A program made the position numbers and the translations under genes. Positions 10,011 through 20,101 of a stretch of DNA of 64,000 nt are shown here, one piece after another; position 1 is the stretch's first letter, and every line of letters starts with the position of its first letter. The notes under the pieces were generated by a model. It worked only from the letters and a program-made list of their open reading frames with translations, had not been told where the DNA came from and did not search any database. This DNA is from an uncultured Bdellovibrionales bacterium (GTDB lineage: Bacteria; Bdellovibrionota_C; UBA2361; SZUA-149; CAZDIO01): NCBI GenBank assembly GCA_964505555.1, contig CAZDIO010000102.1, positions 13,355 through 77,354 of the forward strand, written 5' to 3'.

Positions 10011-11399
10011 ATGAGATACAGCACACGAATAATATTTCTTCTCTTTCTCTGCTACGTCGTGCTTTTTTGGCTCAATGGCTTAGGCTTTCGTCGGAAAGGA
10101 TACGTCCAAGATGATGCTCTTCAACATGTAATGTATGCTTACAATTTAGTTCATCACGGAGTAATCTCAGATGTACAATGCAGTAAGGAACCGGCCCCAG
10201 AAGCATGCAACCGCTCCCCAAGCGCCTATCGTGGTCCAGGCTATCCCTTCTTTCTCGCTCTCAACATTGCATTGAATCCCAAACTGCGCGCGCTTGACGA
10301 ACAACAGATTGTAAAACCTGAATTCCTTAATCCCCTTAGAAACAGTGAACTGTTGCTTCTCTGGCTCACTTCGATTTTCATTTATAAAATTGTATTTATT
10401 TTGACACAAAGAAGATTTCCCGCATTTGTTGCGCTCCTGAGCGTTGGTTTTAATCCGATTCTCCTAGACTATCAGAATGAATTTTATTCGGAAAATTTCG
10501 GCGCCCTTTTGGTTACAATCCTTTCTTACGCACTGCTCATGGCATACAGAAGTGGCCGATATAGATATTATGGATTGAGTGGATTTCTTACCGGTTGTTT
10601 GACATTAACGATCCCCATTTTTTACTACCTCCCATGGCTTTTTATAATCGTTTCCTTTGGTTTATCTCGAAGCAAAAAGATTCATTATCAACAATGGCTG
10701 AAAACTTCAGGGATATTTTTGATTTGTTTCGCGGGTGTTGTGCTTCCTTGGATGGTGCGTAACTACCTCCATTTTGATCGGTTCTACATTACAGAGCGTG
10801 CTGGAGCGATGCTCAACGTTCGTGCGGAGAAAGATCTCATGAATAAAAAAGAGTTTTTTGCGGCGTTTTGTTATTGGAGCAACTGTTCTTTTTTACAGAG
10901 TTTAAGAAAACCATTTGAGAATGATCCCGCATTTCATCGCCTTATTCGCGGCAATCCAGATAGTTTCTATCGAACCGGAAGAGTTCGCCGATTGGAACTA
11001 AACCGTGAGCATGGTCCGGTGGTGGCAGACAAACTATTACTTCGAGAAGCAGTAGAAAAAATTACTTCGCATCCATTTCGACATCTTGCAGTAACCCTCC
11101 CGGTGATGTTTCGTGGCATGGGAATGCAAAGCTGTGGACTAGATTTTATTCTTTTTGGAAGCACATTACTGTTGTTCCTTGCTTCAATTGCGAAACGTGA
11201 TGGACAACTTTTTATTCTCTTATTACCAACCGCTTACTGCTATGCTTTTTATAGCTTGGTAACTTACCATCTCCCACGGTACAGCCTACCACTTTTGCCA
11301 ATGTTTTGGGTCGCCACAATTGTGGCTCTTTATCGTCTGACAAAGAGAATGGAAACTAACAAAGACGATATGTTCCAAAGCTCTCTTACCAACACTTAG
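10011..11399 (+). CDS. Polytopic membrane protein, GT-C-like (ArnT/PMT-type) candidate glycosyltransferase
   Basis: 462 aa with many N-terminal TM helices and a short conserved acidic loop near the N-terminus (YVQDDALQHV). Assignment is by architecture only. Confidence 0.3.
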   Translation: MRYSTRIIFLLFLCYVVLFWLNGLGFRRKGYVQDDALQHVMYAYNLVHHGVISDVQCSKEPAPEACNRSPSAYRGPGYPFFLALNIALNPKLRALDEQQIVKPEFLNPLRNSELLLLWLTSIFIYKIVFILTQRRFPAFVALLSVGFNPILLDYQNEFYSENFGALLVTILSYALLMAYRSGRYRYYGLSGFLTGCLTLTIPIFYYLPWLFIIVSFGLSRSKKIHYQQWLKTSGIFLICFAGVVLPWMVRNYLHFDRFYITERAGAMLNVRAEKDLMNKKEFFAAFCYWSNCSFLQSLRKPFENDPAFHRLIRGNPDSFYRTGRVRRLELNREHGPVVADKLLLREAVEKITSHPFRHLAVTLPVMFRGMGMQSCGLDFILFGSTLLLFLASIAKRDGQLFILLLPTAYCYAFYSLVTYHLPRYSLPLLPMFWVATIVALYRLTKRMETNKDDMFQSSLTNT

Positions 11400-11438
11400 T
11401 ACATGACCACAATTCGTTATGGGTAACGAAAATGAATG

Positions 11439-12557
11439 CTATTGTTCCTTGGATACGGTGCGTGGAAAAGGACTTTGATGCAAGGAATCACTCCCGGGCG
11501 CCCCTGGAGATGAGTCTCCAAATGTCACCGTTCTTCCCAGCTTACGAGATTCGCTCGCAGCTTCCAAGAGCGAAACAACGTCAACACCAGAATTACCATC
11601 CGTAAGTGGGTTTTCATTGTTCACAATACAATGAATGAAATGCTCTGCTTCAACCTGAAGCGGCTCTCGAAATGAAAGTTTCGGAATGACAATATCTCCT
11701 GCTCGTTGAATCAGCGCAAACTGATCATAAGAGTGAAATGGTCTTGCACCCCAAGTATCTTTTACACTTTTTCGCTCAACTCCTTTGTCAAAAACAGTGA
11801 TTTTTTGATCTAGAGAGGTATCATCATAAATCACCATCTTTTTGCTTCCAACGAGTACCCCCTTTCGGGTCTTACTCGGGTCAAGCCAACTTACGTGGAT
11901 GTTGGCAAACTTTCCGCTCGGGAAGCGAAGACTTACGAAGGAGATATCGTCAATATCCTGTTGCAGGTAAGACATCCCGGTTGCGATTACTTCCGTGGGC
12001 TGCTCACCAAACCAGTAGAGCACAATAGAAAGATCATGTGGCGCTAAATTCCATAGCGCATCGACATCTTGCCTTACCTGACCCAAAGCCAAACGCTGCA
12101 TATACACGTAATAAATCTGGCCAAGCTCACCGTCATCAATAAACTTTTTAACCCACCGCACGGCATCGTTGTAAAGGAAGGTGTGTCCCACAGCGAGCTT
12201 AACGTTTTGAAGCTGTGCAAGCTCAACGAGTTCTTTGGCTTCTATTACGGTCGTAGCAAGTGGCTTCTCAACAAAAACATGCTTTCCTCGAAGGATCGCT
12301 GCTTTTGCCTGCCGATAATGTTCCTTTGCAGGACTAGCGATGATTACCGCCTCAATTTCTGATCGGGACAGAAGATCATCCAAAGAACGATCGATATATC
12401 GAACTCGTGGATATTTCTTCTCTATTTCTCTATGTTGCTCCTCTCGCGGCTCACAACAAGCAATAAGATCGCATCCTTCAAGAGAGGAAAAACAGCGCAG
12501 GAGGTTTGCACCCCAGTATCCATAGCCGATCAGTGCGCAATTTATTGTTCGTGACAC
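11439..12557 (-). CDS. Gfo/Idh/MocA-family NAD(P)-dependent oxidoreductase (WbpB-like sugar dehydrogenase candidate)
   Basis: N-terminal Rossmann ALIGYGYWGANLLRCF and a C-terminal Gfo/Idh/MocA alpha/beta domain. It sits among DegT and acetyltransferase genes. Confidence 0.8.
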   Translation of the reverse strand: MSRTINCALIGYGYWGANLLRCFSSLEGCDLIACCEPREEQHREIEKKYPRVRYIDRSLDDLLSRSEIEAVIIASPAKEHYRQAKAAILRGKHVFVEKPLATTVIEAKELVELAQLQNVKLAVGHTFLYNDAVRWVKKFIDDGELGQIYYVYMQRLALGQVRQDVDALWNLAPHDLSIVLYWFGEQPTEVIATGMSYLQQDIDDISFVSLRFPSGKFANIHVSWLDPSKTRKGVLVGSKKMVIYDDTSLDQKITVFDKGVERKSVKDTWGARPFHSYDQFALIQRAGDIVIPKLSFREPLQVEAEHFIHCIVNNENPLTDGNSGVDVVSLLEAASESRKLGRTVTFGDSSPGAPGSDSLHQSPFPRTVSKEQ

Positions 12558-12752
12558 CGAGTAATCCTTCTTCTGTAATCGCCTTTATTTGCAATCAGTT
12601 ATACGCGCTGGCTGGAGAAAAGAATACGCACCCAATAAATAAACCATCCCCACTAATTCTCACAGTAGACTTGTAATATTACTGGTGCTTGGATAATGTC
12701 AAGGCGAGCTTCAGTAGCCTTGAGATAAGGTGAATTTCGAGTAAAAAAATCG

Positions 12753-13727
12753 ATGCAACTAACGGGAAAAACAGTTCTTGTAACTGGTGGTGCAGGATTC
12801 ATTGGCAGTCATATCGTTGATGAATGCCTAAAGCGTGATGCAAAAAAAGTCATTGTGCTTGATAATTTTGTAATCGGCCACAATACCAATATTACCCATC
12901 TTGAGAATAATACTCGGGTGAAAATTGAAGCTGGGGATGTAAGAGATTTTGACTCTGTTTCTCCTCTTGTTCGCTCAGCTGACATTGTCTTTCATGAAGC
13001 AGCTTCCAAGCTTGTTGTTTCACGCACCCGACCTCGAATTGATCTGGAAACAAATGTAATCGGCACTTTCAATGTGCTTGAAGCCGCGCGGGGAAATAAT
13101 ACACTTATTGTTCACGCTTCTACAGGCTCTGTCCTAGGAAGCGGAGATGATGCAATGAAGGAGCAACACCCTCATAACCCAAGCACCCTTTATGGAATCA
13201 GTAAAAGCACAGCAGAACGGTACTGCCAATTCTATGCGCGCGAATTTGGGGTTCGAGTAGGAATCCTTCGTTACTTTCACGTTTTTGGCCCAAGACAAGA
13301 CTTCGATGGGGAGGCAGGCGTGGTAAGTATCTTTCTTGGTCGTGTACTTCGTAAAGAACCTCCAATTATCTTTGGAACTGGAGAGCAGATTAGATGCCTT
13401 ACTTTTGTAAAAGATGACGTGCAGGCTAATTTTTTACTGCTCAATGAACTTGCGAAAGGAAATTACCTTGGAGAAGTTTTTAATGTTGCCTCAAAAACAC
13501 GCATCGAAGTTGGTGAATTGGCCAAGATGATTATTAGCAAATATGGCCCGGTAAATATGAAACCACAATATGGTCCCTCTCGTCCGGGAGAAAATCTTCG
13601 TCCGATTCCAGATACAGCGAAGATTGAGAGCTTAGGTTTTCGTGAATCCGTAACTTTTGAGCAAGGGTTAGAACACACAAAACAGTGGGTAGAACAAAAA
13701 CTTCATCGGCCTACAGGTTCTTCATGA
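12753..13727 (+). CDS. NAD-dependent sugar epimerase/dehydratase (extended SDR)
   Basis: VLVTGGAGFIGSHIV and a catalytic YGISKSTAERY (YxxxK). Confidence 0.85.
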   Translation: MQLTGKTVLVTGGAGFIGSHIVDECLKRDAKKVIVLDNFVIGHNTNITHLENNTRVKIEAGDVRDFDSVSPLVRSADIVFHEAASKLVVSRTRPRIDLETNVIGTFNVLEAARGNNTLIVHASTGSVLGSGDDAMKEQHPHNPSTLYGISKSTAERYCQFYAREFGVRVGILRYFHVFGPRQDFDGEAGVVSIFLGRVLRKEPPIIFGTGEQIRCLTFVKDDVQANFLLLNELAKGNYLGEVFNVASKTRIEVGELAKMIISKYGPVNMKPQYGPSRPGENLRPIPDTAKIESLGFRESVTFEQGLEHTKQWVEQKLHRPTGSS

Positions 13728-14803
13728 AGAAGCTCAGTTGGCTACAGCTCGTTGGCGTAGTCATTATCGCGCGAATTATTTACAAGCTTGATTTTCAGCA
13801 ATTCTTATCTGTTTTTTCAAATGTTGATTTTCAAGCTCTTACTCTCTCCGCAATATGTTTACTGATTTTTGGTCTCAGTAAAAGTATTCGGTGGTATTCT
13901 TTTTTGCGAATACAAAAATTGCCGCTCCGATTGTTTCAAACGATTAACATCTATCTTATCGGCCAGCTATTTTCTCTTGTAACACCAGCAAAGCTTGGTG
14001 AATTTATCAAGGTTTTCTATGTTGAAAAAGAAACGCCAGTAAATCATTCGCAGGCACTTTCTAGTGTTGTTGCGGATCGTTTATGTGACTTACTCATGCT
14101 TTTTAGTATCGCAATCATTTGTATTCAAGAGAACTTCCTTCCAAAACCATACCAAACCCCGTGCGAGATTGTTAGCGGCCTACTTCTCCTTTCCCTCCTC
14201 CTTCTTCTTCACCGCCGTTCTGCCCTTGTACTGTACGACCTGATTAAGCGCTTGCCGTTTATTGGTTCATATTTCGCAATCAGCCGTAAATTTTTTTCTG
14301 ATTTCTATAATAGCTTCTCACAGTTTAAGTGTAGGATGGTAATCATTCCGATCGCCTTAACTTTTTCAGCTTATCTTTTTCTTTTCTTTCACGCATATTA
14401 CCTTGCTCAAGCCTTACGGATTGATATGACATTGAAAGAAACTGTTTTCTGTATCACGATTTCAAATATCGCAGCACTTCTTCCTATTTCAGTAGGAGGA
14501 TTAGGGCCACGAGAGCAAGCAATGAAGGAGTTTTTCACACGTGTACTTCCTCGGGGAAATACTCTCTCTACAGAAGCACTCTCGTATTTGAGCGCATCTG
14601 CTGTCGGCTTCTCACTTGCTTTTTATGGAATGTTTTTGCTCACTGCTGGTGTTTTTGGGTATATTGCATGGCTGCGAAATCCGGTAAGTTTGTCAAGCGT
14701 ACAACGCCTTGCTGACGAGATTCGATTACAAACAACAAAGCATCGACGAGAAGAAGTTTCTCTTGTGGAAGTAGGTGAGGTTAACGAGGCATGCCACCAA
14801 TAA
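13724..14803 (+). CDS. Integral membrane protein with a flippase-like (lysyl-PG synthase TM region / UPF0104-like) architecture
   Basis: Its ATG at 13724 overlaps the TGA of the epimerase gene (ATGA). About 8 TM segments. This family is often paired with GT2 polyprenyl-phosphate glycosyltransferases. Confidence 0.45.
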   Translation: MKKLSWLQLVGVVIIARIIYKLDFQQFLSVFSNVDFQALTLSAICLLIFGLSKSIRWYSFLRIQKLPLRLFQTINIYLIGQLFSLVTPAKLGEFIKVFYVEKETPVNHSQALSSVVADRLCDLLMLFSIAIICIQENFLPKPYQTPCEIVSGLLLLSLLLLLHRRSALVLYDLIKRLPFIGSYFAISRKFFSDFYNSFSQFKCRMVIIPIALTFSAYLFLFFHAYYLAQALRIDMTLKETVFCITISNIAALLPISVGGLGPREQAMKEFFTRVLPRGNTLSTEALSYLSASAVGFSLAFYGMFLLTAGVFGYIAWLRNPVSLSSVQRLADEIRLQTTKHRREEVSLVEVGEVNEACHQ

Positions 14804-15564
14804 ATTCTCAAGCTGCGGCAGTTGCATCTCCCGAATTGAACGCTCAAGCTCGACCGCGAGTCGCAGTCATTATTCCTGTCTATAATGAAGAAAAAGTTAT
14901 CGGACGAGTTCTTGATGCCATTCCACGAGAACATGTTGATGTGGTGATCGTGGTTGATGATGGTTCAACTGATTCGACCCCAACTGAATTAGAAAAAAGA
15001 GATGTTCAGGTCATCCGTCACGAGAAACAACTCTTTATCGGGGCGGCTATTCGAGATGGACTTCGGAAGGCAAAAGAGCTGGGAATAGACATTGTGTGCG
15101 TTTTTGCCGGGAACGGAAAGGACGATCCTCAAGAATTACCATTATTACTTCGACCGATCATCGAACAAGGTTATGATTTTGTCCAAGGCTCTCGCTATCT
15201 TCCGGGTGGGCGATCCGGAAAAATGCCTCGTCATCGTCGGATCGTAACAAAGGTTTACCCACTTCTTGTGAGATTTTTCACCGGAGTCAAGATTACTGAT
15301 GGAACTAATGGATTTCGGGCTTATCGCTTACAACTCCTTGATGATCCGGAGATAGATCTCGATCAGCCATGGCTCAGTGAGTGCCTAGAGTATTATTTTT
15401 CACTCAGAGTGTTTCAGCAAGGGTATTCAGTGACCGAAGTCCCTGTTTCAAAAATCTATCCTGATACTGCTGTGTATAGTGAGTATACAAAAGTTCGTCC
15501 CGGAATTGGATGGCTCAATCGCCTTAAACCACTTTTTTTTCTTGGTTTCCGCCTGAGAAAGTAA
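14791..15564 (+). CDS. Glycosyltransferase family 2 (DPM1-like polyprenyl-phosphate sugar synthase type)
   Basis: RVAVIIPVYNEEKVIGRVLDAIP...VVIVVDDGSTDST, with DxD-type motifs. Confidence 0.85.
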   Translation: MPPINSQAAAVASPELNAQARPRVAVIIPVYNEEKVIGRVLDAIPREHVDVVIVVDDGSTDSTPTELEKRDVQVIRHEKQLFIGAAIRDGLRKAKELGIDIVCVFAGNGKDDPQELPLLLRPIIEQGYDFVQGSRYLPGGRSGKMPRHRRIVTKVYPLLVRFFTGVKITDGTNGFRAYRLQLLDDPEIDLDQPWLSECLEYYFSLRVFQQGYSVTEVPVSKIYPDTAVYSEYTKVRPGIGWLNRLKPLFFLGFRLRK

Positions 15565-16825
15565 GCTCGCCTCGAATATCTTCGCGAAGGCTGATGAGAA
15601 AAATAACGGCGGCACCAACAAAAAAGACTGCACTTCCAGCCAGCGTTGCATATGCTGCTCCCTCCGTGGAAGTTTCAGGGATAAGGAGCAGTCCGATAGA
15701 AACGTTTATGATCAGCGATATTCCTGCAAGAACTCCTTGTATTCGAAGACGCCTCATGATGGTAATTGCTGCGTTGAGATATCCATAGAGATACATCATT
15801 GCAGCAGCAACCATGAAGATTCCGAGAATCTTTCCTGAGTGTGCAAGATCTTTTCCATAAATGAGCGACAATAGCTGATCCCCATAGGCAAAGCTGATTA
15901 CAATACCAACCGCACCGATACTGAGTGCAAATAATAACAACCCCCTTAGAAAAAATATGAACCGCTTTCGAGAAGCATGATACGTTTGAGCAAGCGGAGT
16001 AAGTGCCGATGCAGTTAACGCCTCACAGAGCGTCACGCCGATGTACATAAAGTAGCTCACCGCCGTATAGATTCCAAGCGAACCAAGACCTTGCAAACGC
16101 TCTAATAAATATCGAGGAGCATTCGTGTTAAGAGAAACCAGAAGTCGTCTTGCACCCAGAGGCGAGGCTTTTTTTGCAAGTAAAAAGAGCTGTTGATATC
16201 TAATTGGCTGAGCAAGTTCTCTCCATGAAAGATTTTCAGCAAGAAACGTGCGCGCACGTTTTGAAATGAAATACAGCACGATTCCACGCGAAAGAATGAG
16301 AAAAAACAACGCTGATATTAAATCACTAAAAAAATACATCCCAATCAAAATAGAAAGAACACTGAGTACTCCATTGATGATTTGAAACTTCGCAACTTCT
16401 CCTAAGCGTTCCTTGCGCTGAAAAAGTGCTTCGACCATATCGTGGAAGGAATCAACAACCTTTACCAAAGCAACAAGAAGTATCACCTGCCACTGCTCCA
16501 CATCTTTGGTGTAAGTAAAACCAACACCCATAATGACAATAAAGCAGATGATCGAGGTAAAGAAGCGGAGATGAAAATACGTACACGGTTCATTGTCACG
16601 ATTAATATCCGTAACCAGTAAATCCCGGGCACTAAAATTAAAAAATGCAAAAAATGGTGCGCTCAATGCAAGTGCGAGCCCAAAAAGGCCCACCATTTCT
16701 ACATCCCCTAACCACATCAGAATAACCAATATCATCCACTGCGAAAACGAGTAGAATACGTTTCCGATGAGCATCCAGACAAAATTTGACCCGATGCGGC
16801 TTTGTAGAGAAAACCACCTAACCAT
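15524..16825 (-). CDS. Wzx-like oligosaccharide flippase (MOP superfamily polysaccharide biosynthesis protein)
   Basis: 433 aa with about 12 TM segments. The periodicity is typical of polysaccharide-biosynthesis (Wzx) proteins. Confidence 0.65.
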   Translation of the reverse strand: MVRWFSLQSRIGSNFVWMLIGNVFYSFSQWMILVILMWLGDVEMVGLFGLALALSAPFFAFFNFSARDLLVTDINRDNEPCTYFHLRFFTSIICFIVIMGVGFTYTKDVEQWQVILLVALVKVVDSFHDMVEALFQRKERLGEVAKFQIINGVLSVLSILIGMYFFSDLISALFFLILSRGIVLYFISKRARTFLAENLSWRELAQPIRYQQLFLLAKKASPLGARRLLVSLNTNAPRYLLERLQGLGSLGIYTAVSYFMYIGVTLCEALTASALTPLAQTYHASRKRFIFFLRGLLLFALSIGAVGIVISFAYGDQLLSLIYGKDLAHSGKILGIFMVAAAMMYLYGYLNAAITIMRRLRIQGVLAGISLIINVSIGLLLIPETSTEGAAYATLAGSAVFFVGAAVIFLISLREDIRGELTFSGGNQEKKVV

Positions 16826-17014
16826 GAATTGTAAAGCCTCAGCTTTTTAAGTAGGAGCAGAACTCATATCACACGTCATTTGGCAGTGTCTATTATAGCT
16901 AGCAGGCGGACAGACCGTGGTTGTATTTTGGCACGCAAGAAGGTATTGAGAACGGTGTTATTTTTGTAGGTACATCAAATAATAACTAGCTCTTAAAGTG
17001 AAGGAAAATAGATC

Positions 17015-18118
17015 ATGAGCGGAGTCCCTTTTGCAGATCTCAGTAGACAGCATTCGTCGATGAAATCAGAGCTCCAAACTGCCTTTGATCGAGTTGTCGG
17101 TAAAGGTGATTTTATTCTTGGTGCAGAAGTAAAACATTTTGAAGAGGAGTGGGCAAACTTTACCGGCGCAAAAGCTGCTATCGGTTGCTCGAATGGAACA
17201 GATTCTCTCGTGCTGATCTTACTCGCATTAGGTATTGGTCCTGGTGATGAAGTCATCACTGTTTCACATACATTCTTTGCAACTGTTGAAGCAATTCAAA
17301 GCGTGGGTGCAACCCCTATTTTGGTTGACATTCTTCCACGCAATGGGTTGATGGATCCTCAATTAATTGAACCCGCTATTACTCCTCGGACAAAGGCGAT
17401 TATTCCAGTTCACCTCTATGGTCAGCCGGTTGAACTGGATGAGATTCTTGCAGTTTCAGAGAAGTATAATCTTTACTGTATCCAAGATGCCGCTCAAGCG
17501 CATGGTGCTCTCTATAAGAAAAAGCCACTTGCCAATTATGGTATCGCTTCATCATACAGTTTCTACCCGGGCAAAAATCTCGGCGCTCTTGGAGACGCAG
17601 GCGCTGTAGTCACTAATGATTTAGAACTTGCAAAGAGAATGAGATCGTTACGTGATCATGGGCGAAGCGAAAAATACAGTCACAATGAATTTGGCTGGAA
17701 TATGCGCATGGATGGTTTACAAGCGGCATTTCTATCTGCAAAACTCCCTAAGCTTTCCGGCTGGAACGATGATCGAAAGAAAGTTGCTGCAATGTACCTA
17801 GAAAGCTTGCGCGAACTACCAGGCCTTACCTTTCTGGAAATTTCTCGCCATGTCGATCACGTTTTTCATCTTTTTGTAGTTTGCCATGAACAACGAGACG
17901 ACCTCCAAAGGAAATTAAAAGCTGAAGGAGTCGCAACAGGAATTCACTACCCGTTAGGATGTCACCAACAAACTGCTTGGAAAAACCGCTACGGCGAGAT
18001 GAATCTTCCGCATACAGAGAAACTTGCCCGTACCTGTCTCTCGCTGCCGATCTTTGGAGAGATGAGGGAAGAGGAGGCAATGATGGTTGTCTCTGCACTT
18101 CGTCGCGTGCTTAGCTAA
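17015..18118 (+). CDS. DegT/DnrJ-family PLP-dependent sugar aminotransferase (second copy)
   Basis: GCSNGTDSLVLILLALGIGPGDEVITVSHTFFATVEAI and SFYPGKNLGALGDAG. Confidence 0.85.
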   Translation: MSGVPFADLSRQHSSMKSELQTAFDRVVGKGDFILGAEVKHFEEEWANFTGAKAAIGCSNGTDSLVLILLALGIGPGDEVITVSHTFFATVEAIQSVGATPILVDILPRNGLMDPQLIEPAITPRTKAIIPVHLYGQPVELDEILAVSEKYNLYCIQDAAQAHGALYKKKPLANYGIASSYSFYPGKNLGALGDAGAVVTNDLELAKRMRSLRDHGRSEKYSHNEFGWNMRMDGLQAAFLSAKLPKLSGWNDDRKKVAAMYLESLRELPGLTFLEISRHVDHVFHLFVVCHEQRDDLQRKLKAEGVATGIHYPLGCHQQTAWKNRYGEMNLPHTEKLARTCLSLPIFGEMREEEAMMVVSALRRVLS

Positions 18119-18156
18119 TTTTAAGAAGCATGCGTATCGTTTCGAGCAAAGAACGA

Positions 18157-18801
18157 TCACTTTCGTCCGAGGTGTATCGGACCTGAAGGTGAGGGAGAAA
18201 GAAGCACACAGCTTGTTTGATCAAGTGCATATTTAAGATCGCATCGGGGACAACTTACTTCGATCTTCACTGAAAAATCCTTCATCGCTCCAAGTTTTTC
18301 ACCGCATTCGCATATCCATCCAACCTGCTTTGCTGGAACACCAAGCATAAAAGCATAGTCGGGAACGTTTTTTGTTATAACTGCGCCAGCGGCAACAAAA
18401 GCGTGTTTCCCAATGGTGCGGCCACATACGACAGTGGCATTAGCACCGATCGAAGCACCTTCCCTAACGAGAGTCTTTTTATAAAATTCAGCTCCTCGTT
18501 GGGGATACTTAGAGCGGGGATCTAAAACGTTGGTAAACACCATCGAGGGGCCACAGAAGACAAAATCTTCAAGTTCAACCCCTTCGTACACAGAAACGTT
18601 GTTTTGAATTTTTACATAATTTCCAATTTTTACACCCTCTCCCACAACAACATTTTGCCCAAGAGAGCAATGAGCACCGATACTTGCATTTTTTTGCAGA
18701 TGACTAAAATACCAGATCTTTGTCCCCTCTCCAATGGTAACATCTTCATCGATAATGCTTGAGGAATGAACAAAATATGATTTCTTCTCTGCCACGTTCA
18801 T
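18157..18801 (-). CDS. Hexapeptide-repeat (left-handed beta-helix) sugar N-acetyltransferase (WbpD/PglD-like) with a C-terminal Cys4 zinc-ribbon-like tail
   Basis: Repeated [LIV]G-x4 hexapeptides (IGEGTKIWYFSHL..IGAHCSLGQNVVVGEGVKIGNYVKIQNNVSV). The C-terminus is CECGEKL...CPRCDL. Confidence 0.8.
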   Translation of the reverse strand: MNVAEKKSYFVHSSSIIDEDVTIGEGTKIWYFSHLQKNASIGAHCSLGQNVVVGEGVKIGNYVKIQNNVSVYEGVELEDFVFCGPSMVFTNVLDPRSKYPQRGAEFYKKTLVREGASIGANATVVCGRTIGKHAFVAAGAVITKNVPDYAFMLGVPAKQVGWICECGEKLGAMKDFSVKIEVSCPRCDLKYALDQTSCVLLSPSPSGPIHLGRK

Positions 18802-18825
18802 AACTATTCTCTCTGCTCTCTGAGT

Positions 18826-19965
18826 TTACTGATAGAAACTTTGTAACGTTTCAACTACATATTGTTGCATCTCGGTAGTAAGCTCCGGATATATCGGCAA
18901 GGCAAGTGAGTGCGCCGCTGCAAACTCGCTCTGTGGAAAATCTCCCTTTTTATAGCCGAGTGAGGAAAAACACTCTTGAAGGTGAAATGGGACTGGATAA
19001 TAAATCTCAGTTCCAACGTTATGGGCAGTAAGAAACGCCCGTAACTCGTCTCGTTTTTCACCTACAGAGATAACGTATTGGTTATAGATATGGTACTCAC
19101 GTTGATAGGCGATGGGCGGTTTCTTGATCTGTTCAACCTGAATATGTTGGTCATAAAAGGCGGCATTATTTTGCCTCATTTCATGCCACCTACTGAGGTG
19201 CCCAAACTTTACTAACAAGACCGCTGCCTGCAGGGTATCAAGACGAAAATTTCCGCCAATGAGCGAATGATAATATTTTGGGTTTGCACCATGGTTACGA
19301 AGAGAAGTAATTTTTTCTGCAAAAGCTTTATCATTTGTTACCACCATCCCACCATCACCCATCGCACCTAAGTTTTTACTAGGAAAAAACGATAGGCATC
19401 CCGCAAGGCCGATGCTCCCCGCTTTTTTCACTCCGTGTTTTGATGGATAACGTGCTCCAATTGCCTGTGCAGAATCTTCAATAATAGGAATACCGTAAAG
19501 TTCCCCTACCTCCTTTATTGGATCCATATCCGCACACTGTCCATAAAGATGAACAGGAATAATTGCTTTGATCTTACCTTTTTTGTCTGAGTGCTCGAGA
19601 AACGTTGCTAATGCTCTCGGGCAAATATTATAGGTCAGCGGATCAATATCGACAAAAAGAGGTGTGGCACGAAGCCTTGCAACAACACCTGCGGTCGCAA
19701 AAAAAGAATACGGTGAGGTAATAACGAACTCTCCGGGTTCGAGATCAAGTGCCATCAGCGAAACCAACAAGGCATCAGTCCCCGAAGAAACCGCTATTCC
19801 AAACTGTGAATCACAGTAGGTAGAGATAGTTCTTTCGAGCTTTCCTATCTCTGGTCCCATTATATAGGCAGTAGAATTGATTACTGCCTCGATCGCCGGG
19901 TTTAGTTCAGGACGAATGGACTCAAGTTGAGCTTGGAGATCAAGAAGTGGTACCTTCAATGGCAT
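18826..19965 (-). CDS. DegT/DnrJ-family PLP-dependent sugar aminotransferase (third copy)
   Basis: SSGTDALLVSLMALDLEPGEFVITSPYSFFATAGVV and SFFPSKNLGAMGDGG. Confidence 0.85.
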   Translation of the reverse strand: MPLKVPLLDLQAQLESIRPELNPAIEAVINSTAYIMGPEIGKLERTISTYCDSQFGIAVSSGTDALLVSLMALDLEPGEFVITSPYSFFATAGVVARLRATPLFVDIDPLTYNICPRALATFLEHSDKKGKIKAIIPVHLYGQCADMDPIKEVGELYGIPIIEDSAQAIGARYPSKHGVKKAGSIGLAGCLSFFPSKNLGAMGDGGMVVTNDKAFAEKITSLRNHGANPKYYHSLIGGNFRLDTLQAAVLLVKFGHLSRWHEMRQNNAAFYDQHIQVEQIKKPPIAYQREYHIYNQYVISVGEKRDELRAFLTAHNVGTEIYYPVPFHLQECFSSLGYKKGDFPQSEFAAAHSLALPIYPELTTEMQQYVVETLQSFYQ

Positions 19966-20101
19966 TCCTTATTTCACGGTGTAGTATAGTATCGTGTATC
20001 TGAATTTTCCAGCGTATCTAATTTGCCGGTGCTTAATATTGATCTTCGAGACAAAAAAGTAAAGGCACTAAAAACCCCGGATTTCACGATCGGTCTTTAA
20101 A

